From: Halococcus salifodinae | GTDB lineage: Archaea; Halobacteriota; Halobacteria; Halobacteriales; Halococcaceae | Assembly: GCF_052043865.1 (NCBI RefSeq) | Contig: NZ_JBQEMN010000005.1 | Direction: 5' to 3' (one strand) | DNA: 40,000 nt | In this document: in pieces, positions 25,161 through 35,393 of the stretch | Layout: the number at the start of each line of letters is the position of its first letter | How positions within the stretch are numbered: the first letter of the stretch is position 1 | Translations under genes and position numbers: made by a program | The notes under the pieces: model-generated | Seen by the model: only the letters and a program-made list of their open reading frames with translations | Database searches by the model: none | What the model was told of the DNA's origin: nothing

Positions 25161-25463
25161 TCACGCGTTCTCTCTTGTGACGATCCACAACGACGCCCCG
25201 CATCGTCGCTCGGTGTACCGTTCGACGATGAGCCCGCTCGACAGCGGCGACTCTGCCTCGATTCGCGGGAGGTACGAACCCACCATTGCGGGCGAGAGTT
25301 CCGAGTCAACCTCAACGACGTCCGCTGCCCGGAAGTATCGATAGCTGTTGTCGTGTTCATCCGCACTCAACAGGGCTGCGAGCGCGTCCTGAACGCGCTG
25401 CTGTCGCGAGTCCGATTCGGTGGCGGTCATCCCCTGTTCATCCCCCCTCCATGTCTCATTCAT
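25161..25463 (-). CDS. Hypothetical small protein (about 90-100 aa)
   Basis: Track ORF with ATG 25463; an alternative ATG lies 11 codons downstream. No motifs found. Confidence 0.5.
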   Translation of the reverse strand: MNETWRGDEQGMTATESDSRQQRVQDALAALLSADEHDNSYRYFRAADVVEVDSELSPAMVGSYLPRIEAESPLSSGLIVERYTERRCGASLWIVTRENA

Positions 25464-25706
25464 TCGCTGAATGTGACAGCGAGACCATTACTGTGAGGAC
25501 AGTTAATTGTTCTTCTCCGCTGTTCGCTACCGATCACCGCCTCGACGTTATCGGCGTGATGAGGGCGGTGCTTGGAGTATTCCTGTTCGCGCCCCACCAA
25601 CGAGCCGAGAACGACCAACCGTTCACATCGAAAGTGAACCGGACGACACGAACTGTTCACGCTGGAATACAAACTCTTACCCGCTGATTGCCCGGAGGAA
25701 CTGGCC

Positions 25707-26705
25707 ATGAGCCACGAATGCGATGACTGTGGCCAAGAGTTCGATACGCTCACACGCCTCCGCCTTCACGACTGTTCGTCGACGGAGGTATCCGAGGATA
25801 CCACCGTTGATTCATCGAATACTGAGGACCTCACACCATCCGGAGAAACGGATTACAGGCCGGAAACCGTCGAACTCGCATCGCTTGACAAATTCCTCGA
25901 GAACGAGACAGACGCGACACCAGACAGCCTCGCTGAGGCGATGGCGACCTACGAGAGTGAATTGCAGTCCGCCAGCGAATCGGGTGCATCCGATAGATAC
26001 TCCGGCATTCGAAACGGGTATCGACGACAACTCATCAGCGAACTCGACGCGGCGATCCAAGCCGAGGGCTGGACGGTTCTCGAAGAACTCCTCAACGCGT
26101 ATCACCCGAACACGGCCGAGGGTTTCCCGCATGTGACCACGATTCTCCAGAACGTCACCGGGCGGAACTTCATTCGGACGCGACTCGCAGAGGGGGTGGA
26201 GACGATTCCCGTCGACGCGCTCGAATACCTCGAAACTATCCGCACCCAGGTTGGCGAGCAGCAGGATTACATCATCGAAGGCCTCCACCCATACGGTTGG
26301 GGCATCGGACACCCGGATATCGCTGTCGCAGAGCGGATCCACGAGCATGCATCCGACCATATCTTCTCGACAAGCCCCATGCTCGAACACGCGTTCTACG
26401 CCGATCAGCACATGGCCGTCGACCTCCTCGAATGGATGATCCACGACGACGCGGTTCAACACGAGATTACATACCGACTGGATGAGACGATCACCGAGGC
26501 ACGCTACCTCTTGGATGGGCCCGCTGGAGCCGCCAGCGATCACTTCTGGCCCACCAGCCCACGGTACTGGGACTGGCACGACGACCTCGGATTCGACTTC
26601 GAACTAGAGGACGACGTAGAACACCGCATCCGGAACCTCGTCAGGGAAGAGGGCCTTGAGAACGATCTTCCACAGGACTGGGACATCACTGACCTCACGC
26701 TCTGA
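25707..26705 (+). CDS. Hypothetical protein with an N-terminal C2H2-type zinc finger
   Basis: Track ORF. MSHECDDCGQEFDTLTRLRLHDC has the C-x2-C...H-x2-C pattern. The remainder is acidic. Confidence 0.65.
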   Translation: MSHECDDCGQEFDTLTRLRLHDCSSTEVSEDTTVDSSNTEDLTPSGETDYRPETVELASLDKFLENETDATPDSLAEAMATYESELQSASESGASDRYSGIRNGYRRQLISELDAAIQAEGWTVLEELLNAYHPNTAEGFPHVTTILQNVTGRNFIRTRLAEGVETIPVDALEYLETIRTQVGEQQDYIIEGLHPYGWGIGHPDIAVAERIHEHASDHIFSTSPMLEHAFYADQHMAVDLLEWMIHDDAVQHEITYRLDETITEARYLLDGPAGAASDHFWPTSPRYWDWHDDLGFDFELEDDVEHRIRNLVREEGLENDLPQDWDITDLTL

Positions 26706-26891
26706 CACGGATCACGACTGCGACCAGCAGTCTCGGAACTCGCTTTTGCGGGAGCGTTGGCGTCCCTTCGAGCAACATACGTCACAGATGGCACTCGCCA
26801 GGATTCGAGCCTCCTACTGCAGATCGTCGTGCTCCGAACCAGCTCCCAACGACAAGCATTTTACTGTTGCATACTTTTGTGTAACTATACG

Positions 26892-27563
26892 ATGTTCGAA
26901 CAATGCGGCGAAACAGAGCTCAAGACACTCCTCGCTATCGAGCCGGGCGACCCCATCTCGGGCGTGGCTCGCAAGATCAATGAGAACCGCGAGACGATCC
27001 GCCGGGCTGTAAATCGCCTCGAAGAGGCGGGCTACGTGCAATATGATGGTGGATTGTCTGTCGTCGACGACGCCGTCCGAGAGGCAGGCCTCGCCTTTCT
27101 CGCGGCCGCAGCAGGTGTGTCTCCGCCCACCATCTCGGAAGCGTACGTCCTCCCCCAGTTCGCGGGCATGGAGTTCGCCTACACCGCTATCGACGCCGTC
27201 TACGTCTGGACTCGAGGTGGCTACCAGGTCGCACGTGACGAGACGGATTACCCGCTATTCATTGCCATCCATGAGACCGATCTCGTCGACTGGGAGCGCT
27301 TCTTCGAACGGTTCGGGATCCCGACTGCTCAACAGCGTCAGCCAGCCGACGAGATTCCTGGGCCGCTGCAGATCGTCCTCGAACCGCGTGCGCAGGTTGA
27401 TGCGGAGACTGTCGACGGACGGCCGGTCATCTCGCGCTCAGAAACTGTTGCGTTCGCACGAGAGCACTACGCGACCTTCGAGTCGGCACTGGACATCCTC
27501 GATCGCATGTACGACGACGTCGAAACCGAAGCTGACTACCGCACGACGCCAGCCTCGCCATGA
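26892..27563 (+). CDS. wHTH protein, AbiEi-like putative antitoxin
   Basis: Track ORF 26757..27563 trimmed to ATG 26892 (MFEQCGETELKTLLAIEPGDPISGVARKINENRETIRRAVNRLEEAGYV). Its stop overlaps the next ATG (ATGA). Confidence 0.55.
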   Translation: MFEQCGETELKTLLAIEPGDPISGVARKINENRETIRRAVNRLEEAGYVQYDGGLSVVDDAVREAGLAFLAAAAGVSPPTISEAYVLPQFAGMEFAYTAIDAVYVWTRGGYQVARDETDYPLFIAIHETDLVDWERFFERFGIPTAQQRQPADEIPGPLQIVLEPRAQVDAETVDGRPVISRSETVAFAREHYATFESALDILDRMYDDVETEADYRTTPASP

Positions 27564-28255
27564 GCCAAGAAGAACGAAGCGAGGCCCTCATCGACGTGCT
27601 TGCCGATCTAGAGCGCTCCACCATCGACTTCGTCCTCGTCGGGGGCTACGCCGTCTCACAGTTCGAGACGCGCTTTTCGACCGATCTGGACCTCGTCATC
27701 GCACCCGAAGACACCGATGCCGTGGTGGCGTTCTTGGAAGACCACGATTTCGAACGAAAGAACGAACTCGAAGTGCCACCAGAAGAAACCACGTATGACC
27801 GCGAAATCGAGCTTTTCGAGCGGACCGAAGGGCTGCCACACCCAATCGGCGTCGATCTACTAGTGAACGGTCTGGGATGCCGACAGACCGAGGCCGAGTG
27901 GTCGTTCGACTACCTTCGCGATCACAGCTCCGAGACGACCATCTCCGGAGGAACACGATCAACCGCCGCTTCTGTCGCCGACGGTGAGGTCTTGGTCGCT
28001 GCCAAGCTCCACAGCGCCCGCAAAACCGATCTGGCTGACGTCCTCGCTGCCGTCCCTCACGTTGACTTTCCGACCGTGGCATCGCATCTTCATCGAGGAG
28101 ACGAAGACGCACTCCAAGCCCAGCTCAAGGACGCTCAGGAGTTCATCGAAGACGGCGGGCTGGATCACCGATTCAAGAGCATGTTCGGCCAATCGTCGGC
28201 CTCGCCAGAGAACATCGACGCTTTGCTCGAATTTCTCAGGGAGCAACAGTACTGA
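27560..28255 (+). CDS. Nucleotidyltransferase, AbiEii-like putative toxin
   Basis: Track ORF. The sequence IDFVLVGGYAVSQF...RFSTDLDLVI is the minimal NTase motif (GG...DxD). Confidence 0.6.
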   Translation: MSQEERSEALIDVLADLERSTIDFVLVGGYAVSQFETRFSTDLDLVIAPEDTDAVVAFLEDHDFERKNELEVPPEETTYDREIELFERTEGLPHPIGVDLLVNGLGCRQTEAEWSFDYLRDHSSETTISGGTRSTAASVADGEVLVAAKLHSARKTDLADVLAAVPHVDFPTVASHLHRGDEDALQAQLKDAQEFIEDGGLDHRFKSMFGQSSASPENIDALLEFLREQQY

Positions 28256-28328
28256 CCGATCTGACGCCGGAGCGTAGATCACGCTTGCCAACCACTATTT
28301 CCGAGCGAATCGAATGGACTGTCCCTAC

Positions 28329-29681
28329 TCAGGGACCAGCAGAAGGGGCCTGAACTGCATACGCCTCGGCGAGGTCGACCACATCGTAAACGTGGATGCC
28401 GGTCTTGAACCAGAGCACTCGGTCGGCTTCGAGATCAATGTCTTCGCTCGTACAGTCCAACTCCTCGGACACCGCTAAGAGTAGATTGTCCACATCGGTC
28501 TGACGAACCTTAGCGAGCTTCTCTTCGAGATACTCCGGCGTCCAAAAGCCTACTATCTCGAGGATTGCCCGTCGCCCATCGGGATGTTCGAGCGCGAAGT
28601 CCGGCAGCAGCACCTCTGCCCCCAGATCGATCACGTCGTCCTCACGGACCAGTTCCCACTCCGTATTCGCCCTCTCCCACTTGTCGGCGAGCGTGCGTTC
28701 GAGGTCGCTGTCGTACCGACTGCCACCAGTGTAGTGCGTTTGGAGCCCTGCCGTCTGATCCAGCGCGAACTCCCGTGTTTCGTTGGCTGACTCGTCGGTG
28801 AGAATCTCCGCCGTGAGGTCCCACCGCTCGCAGTGGGGCAGCGCGGGCAGGAAGTTCGCCATCCGGATGCCGTACTTGCGCGACTGCCTGAACAGCGAAG
28901 CCGGACCGTCCAAGATCGCTTCGTACCCAGCCGCGAGGTCCGTGCTCGACACTCGTTCGCCGTGCTCGTCAATCGGATAGATCCGGTGCATCAGCCCGAA
29001 CAGCTTCACGTAGCTAAATGTCGTCGCGAAGTGGTCCCACACCCGAATGCGCAACTCGGTCGCGTCGTACAGTACTGCCTGCGCGAGCGCGAGGTTGTAC
29101 CGATGCAGCAGCCACTCGACGGTGAGGGCCTTGCCTGTGTACGCCTCCTCGCTCTGACCGGTCAACTGGGTCGTGCTGGTCGTCCCATCAGTGTCCAGTT
29201 CGACCGACTCGGCGACCTGATCGCCGAAGCGCACGAGGCGGTTGTTCGCATCCAGATCCGCATACATCCCCTGATGACACTCCGCAAGTGAGATCCCGAG
29301 CTCGTCGGCGACCGCCGTGTAGACGTCGAGCTTCTGGATGTCCTCACCGAGCGTCGGCTGCCGGACAATCGGATACGAGTCGTTCGCGCGCGCGAACAGT
29401 CGCTGGCGGATCTCGCGCGGCTCGGCTGCCGCCACCGTCTCGAAATCGCACTCGTCACGAAGCAACTTTGCCAGCCCCTGGATGATCTTGTAGTCGGTAT
29501 CCGCTACCGTCAGCTGATCGATCGCCGTATCGAGGTCGGCCTTCGGCTCACCCACGTGCGTCTCGAATAGCTCGATCAACTCGCTCGCCGTCTCCCGATA
29601 CTGAGCGTCCTCGGAATCGATGAACAGCGGCATCACTTTGCCGTCAGATGTTCGTGAGCGCGCGAGATCGGCCGTCAGCAT
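28329..29681 (-). CDS. DUF790 / Bax1-like nuclease (XPB partner)
   Basis: Track ORF. The N-terminus MLTADLARSRTSDGKVMPLF is typical of DUF790. It lies immediately downstream of the XPB helicase. Confidence 0.7.
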   Translation of the reverse strand: MLTADLARSRTSDGKVMPLFIDSEDAQYRETASELIELFETHVGEPKADLDTAIDQLTVADTDYKIIQGLAKLLRDECDFETVAAAEPREIRQRLFARANDSYPIVRQPTLGEDIQKLDVYTAVADELGISLAECHQGMYADLDANNRLVRFGDQVAESVELDTDGTTSTTQLTGQSEEAYTGKALTVEWLLHRYNLALAQAVLYDATELRIRVWDHFATTFSYVKLFGLMHRIYPIDEHGERVSSTDLAAGYEAILDGPASLFRQSRKYGIRMANFLPALPHCERWDLTAEILTDESANETREFALDQTAGLQTHYTGGSRYDSDLERTLADKWERANTEWELVREDDVIDLGAEVLLPDFALEHPDGRRAILEIVGFWTPEYLEEKLAKVRQTDVDNLLLAVSEELDCTSEDIDLEADRVLWFKTGIHVYDVVDLAEAYAVQAPSAGP

Positions 29682-29715
29682 GGTTCTTGTCTCACCGTGT
29701 TGATCTCGGTCGCGG

Positions 29716-31176
29716 TCACGCTTCTGCCTCGACGCCTTCGCGGCGGCGCTGAGAGACGTAGTTCTCCATCGTGTCCGTGGCGATGATCTCGTAGAGCCGC
29801 GCGGGCTGGCGCTCGTCGGTGGGTCGCAGGATTCGCCCGAGGCGTTGGGCGTACTGGCGTTTTGACGCGCTCCCTGAGAGGATGATCCCGACGTTGGCGG
29901 CGGGCACGTCGATGCCCTCGTCCAGTACCTGCGAGGTCGCTAAGATCGAGTACTCGCCCGTTCGGAATCGTTCGAGGATCTCCGTGCGCTCGTCGGTCTT
30001 GGTCTGATGGGTGATGCAGGGGACGATGAACTCCTGGGAAATCTCGTAGGCGAAGTCGTTGTTCGCGGTGAAGATGATCGTGCGGTCGTCGTGATGGCGT
30101 TTGAGCAGGGTGTCGAGCGTATCGAGTTTCTTCGCTGCCGTGCGTGCGAGCTCCTCAGCGCGTTGCTTGGCGATCAGCGCCCGCCGACCATCGGAATCGT
30201 AGGAGGTGTGCGCGAGGAATTCCTGATACCCCTTGGCTTTCCAGAGGTCGAAGTCGTGCGTGTCGACGTACTCGCGGTAGATGCCGTACTCCTCGTCGTA
30301 TTGGGGGCGCTCGTCGTCGGTCAACTCGACCTGCATGTGGATGGTTTCGTACTCGCTGAGATACTCGCCGGCAAGCTCGTCGACGTCCTCTTCGTAGACG
30401 ACGGGCCCCACGAGATCGGTGTCTTCGAGGAGTTCGTGAGCATCGTCGGCGCGCTCGTAAGTAGCGGTGAGCCCGAGACGGTATGGTGCGATGGTCATCT
30501 CGGGGATCTGCCTGTAGGTCGGGGCCGGCAGGTGGTGAATTTCGTCCGCGATCAAGAGGCCGAATTGGTCGCCGTACTTGTCGATGTAGCGATACGCGCT
30601 GTCGTAGGTCGTGACCGTGATCGGTCTGATCTCATGGGTGCCGCCACCGAGGACACCGACCACCTGTTCGGGCCCATCTCCGCTCTGACGGGGGAGTTGG
30701 TCGCCGAAAGCGTTGGTGAGCGTCGCATGCCACTGGTTCATCAGGTCGATCGTCGGCGCGACCACGAGCGTGGCGACACCGGCATCTGCGATGGCTTGAA
30801 TACCCAGGAACGTCTTGCCGCTCCCGGTCGGGAGCACGACGCTGCCGCGACGATCATGGGTTCGCCACGCATCGAGCGCCGCCTGCTGGTACTCGCGTGG
30901 TTCGATCTGGAGCGCCGGATCGAGCGCGAGGGCGGGATAGGCCCGAGCCGTGTCCTCGATCCCAACAGTCGCCGACTGGATGGTCTCTTGGTGGGCTGAT
31001 TCCTCTGTAGCGGAGCTGGAATCATCACCACCCCATGCGTCGGCCCATTCGAGCAGGGGACGGTACCGATACGCAGGCGCGCGATAGTCGTCAATCCGGT
31101 CGTCCCACTCCGCGTACGGAACGTTCTCACTGGCCTCCCGCAGTAGGAGCGTACCTCCGTCGAACTCGACCCGCAT
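29716..31176 (-). CDS. XPB/Rad25 (ERCC3)-type SF2 helicase
   Basis: Track ORF 29716..31278 trimmed to ATG 31176 (MRVEFDGGTLLL...). Motifs: REYQQAALDAW, VLPTGSGKTFLG, LLIADEIHHLP, GLTATYER, and TSQVLDEGIDVP. Confidence 0.85.
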   Translation of the reverse strand: MRVEFDGGTLLLREASENVPYAEWDDRIDDYRAPAYRYRPLLEWADAWGGDDSSSATEESAHQETIQSATVGIEDTARAYPALALDPALQIEPREYQQAALDAWRTHDRRGSVVLPTGSGKTFLGIQAIADAGVATLVVAPTIDLMNQWHATLTNAFGDQLPRQSGDGPEQVVGVLGGGTHEIRPITVTTYDSAYRYIDKYGDQFGLLIADEIHHLPAPTYRQIPEMTIAPYRLGLTATYERADDAHELLEDTDLVGPVVYEEDVDELAGEYLSEYETIHMQVELTDDERPQYDEEYGIYREYVDTHDFDLWKAKGYQEFLAHTSYDSDGRRALIAKQRAEELARTAAKKLDTLDTLLKRHHDDRTIIFTANNDFAYEISQEFIVPCITHQTKTDERTEILERFRTGEYSILATSQVLDEGIDVPAANVGIILSGSASKRQYAQRLGRILRPTDERQPARLYEIIATDTMENYVSQRRREGVEAEA

Positions 31177-31231
31177 CTTGTGGATTACTCCGCTCCCCAG
31201 CGAACACGACCACGCCAGGGGAGTGCCCGCA

Positions 31232-31399
31232 TCAGAGGTCGCGTGCCTGGACAGTCTTGCGGTCGTTCTCGTCGGCACGCTGGGCGGCGTCGGCGAGCAG
31301 GTCCGATACCTCGTCGTCGAGCGCGCCGTAGAAGTCCGACGAGACGTTCATCTGGTCGAGGTGCTCCTTCACGGCCGCTTTCACCGTTAGGTCTGCCAT
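31232..31399 (-). CDS. Small histone-fold (DUF1931 / NFYB-like) protein, 55 aa
   Basis: Too short for the ORF track, so I translated it by hand: MADLTVKAAVKEHLDQMNVSSDFYGALDDEVSDLLADAAQRADENDRKTVQARDL*. Confidence 0.6.
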   Translation of the reverse strand: MADLTVKAAVKEHLDQMNVSSDFYGALDDEVSDLLADAAQRADENDRKTVQARDL

Positions 31400-31618
31400 G
31401 CTCGCTTCTCTGGCTGGTTGGTACTTATAGCCTGTCGAAGCACGCCGAAAGTGGAACGTGAGGCTCTGTTGGAATCCTCAGGAACTGATGAGAATGGCGT
31501 GCTGCATGCAGAGGATGAGTCTAGCAATAGTCAGCGATCACATCCGATCCACATCTTCTGAAACGCTCGGTGCGACCGAGTAGGAAGCTTGAGGGTGGCG
31601 ACAGGAGAGTGGAGACTC

Positions 31619-31903
31619 ATGAGTGTGACCGTCCACGAGGTGCGGAACGCGATTCGAGCGGCGACGGGTCGCTTCGAACGGGAGTTCGAGGCGTCGTTCA
31701 CGAAGGAGGAGCTACAGGCGATCTGTGAGACACTCGAGATCGACGTCGACGAGTCGGGGCGACCGTCGACGACGCGGATGCGCCGACTCATCCGGGCGCA
31801 GGTCGGCGTCGCGGAGTCGCCGGAGGCGGCAAACGACTCCACGTTCAGAAAGGCCGACCTCCAGACGATCTCCGACGCGGTCGGGGCGTCCTCCGAGCCG
31901 TAG
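31619..31903 (+). CDS. Hypothetical small protein (94 aa)
   Basis: Track ORF 31589..31903 trimmed to ATG 31619 (MSVTVHEVRNAIRAATG...). Confidence 0.5.
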   Translation: MSVTVHEVRNAIRAATGRFEREFEASFTKEELQAICETLEIDVDESGRPSTTRMRRLIRAQVGVAESPEAANDSTFRKADLQTISDAVGASSEP

Positions 31904-32157
31904 CCGGCAGTCGCCGGATCGGTTTACCTGCCGTGGTTCCCGAACCGACGTATTGAGTGAGAGGCCCGTCTCCTGACCGATTCGCGCTCTCCATGCAGTA
32001 CAGGGGACCAAACTATCCAATAGCTCTCAGTAGAGACCTGCGCGATACAGAGACTTGTATTCATCAAGGAAACATCGATTGTCATTCTACTGTATCGGAT
32101 TGCAACAATCTCAGGACAGCTCCAAGAGGGAAATGGCGAGTTGTTTGATCCTCTCTG

Positions 32158-33936
32158 CTATAGATGGTCGAGATAACTATCGAATTTCGCGGTGGCACGT
32201 TCGAAGGGACCAAATGACTGAATATCTAGATCAAGCGCGGAGAATGAATCGAATGGCGGTCTGTGACCGGTTTGTCGAAGGAACTGTCGGTATTCGTTGG
32301 GAGATACTAAGTTTTCCTTGAGGCTATCACGAACTGCGAGCGCCCCTGTTGCACCGAGTACATACTGATAGCTGGAATAGGGTATCCGAATACCAATCCC
32401 TCCAACTCGGTCAATTACCCCTTCGCGTTCATAGACCGGATCGAACTCGTCAAGCAGGTCGTCGTATATGTCCCGTGCGTTCTCCGGTGTTAGCTCTTCC
32501 CCAGACTCAATCTTCGTTGCAAGAGCGTGGTTATATGCCGCAGTACGGGCGTTCCGATACAGGTTCCCTGCAACACACTCGACAAGACGGTTTTGTGCGT
32601 GTGCAGCAAGTGAACCCCCTTCCTGCATACACTCTTCTGCTAGCAGCAGTTCGTGCAGAATCGAAGGCACCTCGCAGACAGCAGAGGGACTCGTTGCGTA
32701 TCGAGCTGGACCGTCCCGGTGATACGCCACGTTCAGAGCGTGCCCAAGTTCGTGTGCGATGAAGAACATCGTCCTGACATCGCCTCGGAAATTCGCGAGA
32801 ACGAAAGCACCGTCCGGTGCTGAAGATGGACAGTATGCTGGAATATCGGTTCGTTTGTTTTGCGTCGGATAGACATCGATGCGCCGGTCATGGAGGAAGT
32901 TCCGTGCGCGGTCAACGTAGTCCTCTCCAAGCGGCGTAAGTGAGTCTATGACCAGCTCTAACGCATCTTCGTAATCGAGGTCTGGAGCAGGCTGTTCAGC
33001 GAGCGAAACACGACGGTCCCATGGGCGGAGTTTCTCAACGTCGAGCCTCTCTCGTCGCAGCTGTTGGGCTCGGTGATAGGGTCCAAGGTTGTTTCGAACC
33101 GCTTCAAGGAGTGTATCGTGTACAGATTCGGGGACGGCTGGTTCGAGTCCGGTTTCAGGATACGTTCCTCGGAGATCCCGCTCTCGGATAGAGTCATAGC
33201 CACGGATGCTGGATTCCGTATCTGCCGCGGAGAGCTTCTCCGCAGACGTTCGAATCGTCGTCGCGGCGAATCGATGGTGTTCCGTATGATACGCTTCGTG
33301 CACGCGCCGTCGGTAGTCTCGGTCGGGATGGGATAACTCCGTCTGGTAGTTCCCCGGGCGGATTTCGACTGTTTCCCCGTCGGGACGCTTCACTTCTGGG
33401 GAATCAAAGTCCTCAGTCGTAATCGCGCGAAGAATTCGATCAGGGCCTGATCGAACCTCCCCATGTTCTGCGATGACAGTTTCGACGGCCGGCGACTGAA
33501 CGTGTCTCGCCTGTGAGCGCAGGTTCTCCGCGTAGTAGCGGTAGTCTTCGATTGGTTCGATGAGCGCAGTAAAGTCGTCATCGGTAAGGTCGCCAAGCGC
33601 TCGGTGTACCGTCCCCACGACAGGATCGAAAGACGCCTCCAAATCCTTGAAATCGCGTTGACGTTCGGCTGCGGATTCGGAGTCCGTATTCACGTTCTTC
33701 GAGAGTGTTGCGTAGAGGTCCAGTCTCTGTCGGAGCCGATAACACTCCTCCGTCTCAGAGAGAATCTCTTCGAGACCTTCGGTTGTCTCCGGCGGCTCTG
33801 TCGCCAGCTGATCTAGCTTTTCAAGCCTTTCGAGGAGTTCGTCACGGGCGGCTTTCCATTCGTCTGGATTTCCGAATATCGTGGTCAAATCGAAGCGGTA
33901 CTCAGTGCTGACTTCGTCGCGGGCTGGTAGATCCAT
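32158..33936 (-). CDS. pepF: M3-family oligoendopeptidase F
   Basis: Track ORF with ATG 33936. Contains the zinc motif FFIAHELGHALN. Length is about 590 aa. Confidence 0.85.
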   Translation of the reverse strand: MDLPARDEVSTEYRFDLTTIFGNPDEWKAARDELLERLEKLDQLATEPPETTEGLEEILSETEECYRLRQRLDLYATLSKNVNTDSESAAERQRDFKDLEASFDPVVGTVHRALGDLTDDDFTALIEPIEDYRYYAENLRSQARHVQSPAVETVIAEHGEVRSGPDRILRAITTEDFDSPEVKRPDGETVEIRPGNYQTELSHPDRDYRRRVHEAYHTEHHRFAATTIRTSAEKLSAADTESSIRGYDSIRERDLRGTYPETGLEPAVPESVHDTLLEAVRNNLGPYHRAQQLRRERLDVEKLRPWDRRVSLAEQPAPDLDYEDALELVIDSLTPLGEDYVDRARNFLHDRRIDVYPTQNKRTDIPAYCPSSAPDGAFVLANFRGDVRTMFFIAHELGHALNVAYHRDGPARYATSPSAVCEVPSILHELLLAEECMQEGGSLAAHAQNRLVECVAGNLYRNARTAAYNHALATKIESGEELTPENARDIYDDLLDEFDPVYEREGVIDRVGGIGIRIPYSSYQYVLGATGALAVRDSLKENLVSPNEYRQFLRQTGHRPPFDSFSALDLDIQSFGPFERATAKFDSYLDHL

Positions 33937-34181
33937 CTGTGTTTTCGATTGCTGCTGGCTGTTAGCGATAGCAACGACAGTATCGGCGTCGTCGAGCGCC
34001 GATGAGGATACTCAGTAGGTCATGGATCTACCGTCGTTACGCGTATATCGAATGCAATGTGGTATAATTATTCCGCTGATTCGAGAGGGCTGAACAAGTG
34101 ATCCACTTCGCGACCCGTGACCGATACGCGCCCTGTATCTCGCACGACCACTGAAATCTATCACCGTTTCAGACCGTCTCA

Positions 34182-34337
34182 TCACCGACTGATGTCGTAC
34201 CGCGCAATCTCAGTGGAGCTACACGCCGGGCACGACTCCGCGCTGGGATCCACGTTCGAGCCACACTGACGGCACTCCACGACGAGTTCGCCATCCGACT
34301 GCCCCAGCACGCGTTTCACTGTCTCGATCATGATCAT
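34182..34337 (-). CDS. Small zinc-ribbon protein (51 aa)
   Basis: Track ORF 34182..34472 trimmed to ATG 34337 (MIMIETVKRVLGQSDGELVVECRQCGSNV...CPACSS). Confidence 0.45.
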   Translation of the reverse strand: MIMIETVKRVLGQSDGELVVECRQCGSNVDPSAESCPACSSTEIARYDISR

Positions 34338-34495
34338 GGAAAGGAGGGAGAAGAGCGTGTGACGCGCTCTGGTCGGAGGGCTGGCGAGCGTACCGCCCTC
34401 GATCTCAGGGAGACACCACACGATTATAGAAGCTTTCCAACCGCGGTGAAAGTGAGACTGTCCGTGATACACGCGCTACCCCTCGTCTCTACCGA

Positions 34496-34729
34496 CTACT
34501 CGTCTGTAGGCGTGATATAGACCCGTTCGTCGACGTAGTAGATGTGCCCGCGGCTCTGGAGCACGTTGAGAGCGTACTCGGCGTCAGCGTCGGTGAAGCG
34601 GTCGTCAGCCGCAAGAATCGCTTCGGCGTCGGCTTTCGGCACGCTCCTGTCGTCTGCACGGGTGATCACCTCATCTAAGACGAAGAGAGCGTCCTCGGCG
34701 AACGGCGGGATCCGCCGTTCCCAGCTCAT
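34496..34729 (-). CDS. Hypothetical small acidic protein (77 aa)
   Basis: Track ORF. No motifs found. Confidence 0.5.
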   Translation of the reverse strand: MSWERRIPPFAEDALFVLDEVITRADDRSVPKADAEAILAADDRFTDADAEYALNVLQSRGHIYYVDERVYITPTDE

Positions 34730-34792
34730 ACACGATGGAGTGACTCCAACGGCATGAATCTACGTCAGACACTGGGTATCGCCCCGATCCGC

Positions 34793-35290
34793 TTACTCAT
34801 TCTCTCCGAGCGTCTCCTCCGCCAACGGATCATCGAACTCCGAACTGTCGTCCGAACCGATGTCGTCGCGAACGCGGGCGAACGCCACGTTCTCGCGTGC
34901 GTTCTCGATCTCGACGGTGACTTCATCGTCGGGGCGAGTACCAGGCACGATCACGACGTACCCACGATCGATTTTCGCAATTCCGTCGCCCTGATCACCT
35001 AATGACTCGATAGTCACCTCACGCACGTCGCCCGACTCTACCGGTGGTGACTGCTGGGTGGGGCTATCTGAATCCGACTCCGGTAACGACGAAGCGCCAT
35101 CCGGTTGCTGTCGAGTCTCGGCATCATCCGAACGGGGCGTACCCGAGACGATCGCTACTCGGTAGGTCTCACCAGCAGCGATTGTTCCCTCTTCGAGTTC
35201 GGAGCGTGGGACCTCGATCCTGTACGAGTCACCCTGTTGGTCGATCGACGTGCTGAACAGACACTCCAGCCGGTCGGGAATCTCGACCAT
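34793..35290 (-). CDS. TRAM domain-containing protein
   Basis: Track ORF 34793..35629 trimmed to ATG 35290 (MVEIPDRLECLF...). The C-terminal part GDVREVTIESLGDQGDGIAKIDRGYVVIVPGTRPDDEVTVEIENARENVAFARV is a TRAM fold pattern. Confidence 0.7.
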   Translation of the reverse strand: MVEIPDRLECLFSTSIDQQGDSYRIEVPRSELEEGTIAAGETYRVAIVSGTPRSDDAETRQQPDGASSLPESDSDSPTQQSPPVESGDVREVTIESLGDQGDGIAKIDRGYVVIVPGTRPDDEVTVEIENARENVAFARVRDDIGSDDSSEFDDPLAEETLGENE

Positions 35291-35393
35291 CACGCCATCA
35301 CCGCATGGACCGGTCTCGTCTGGAGCTCTTCGCCGTAAGCCAGCCTCGGTGTCGGACGAGGACCGTGAACGCTGATTCGACTCATGAGCACGT

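Noticed and set aside
30007-30999. A 330-aa plus-strand ORF opposite the XPB helicase
   Set aside because: It is antisense to a gene with complete helicase motifs. Its low-complexity composition, rich in V, G, D and R, indicates a shadow ORF.
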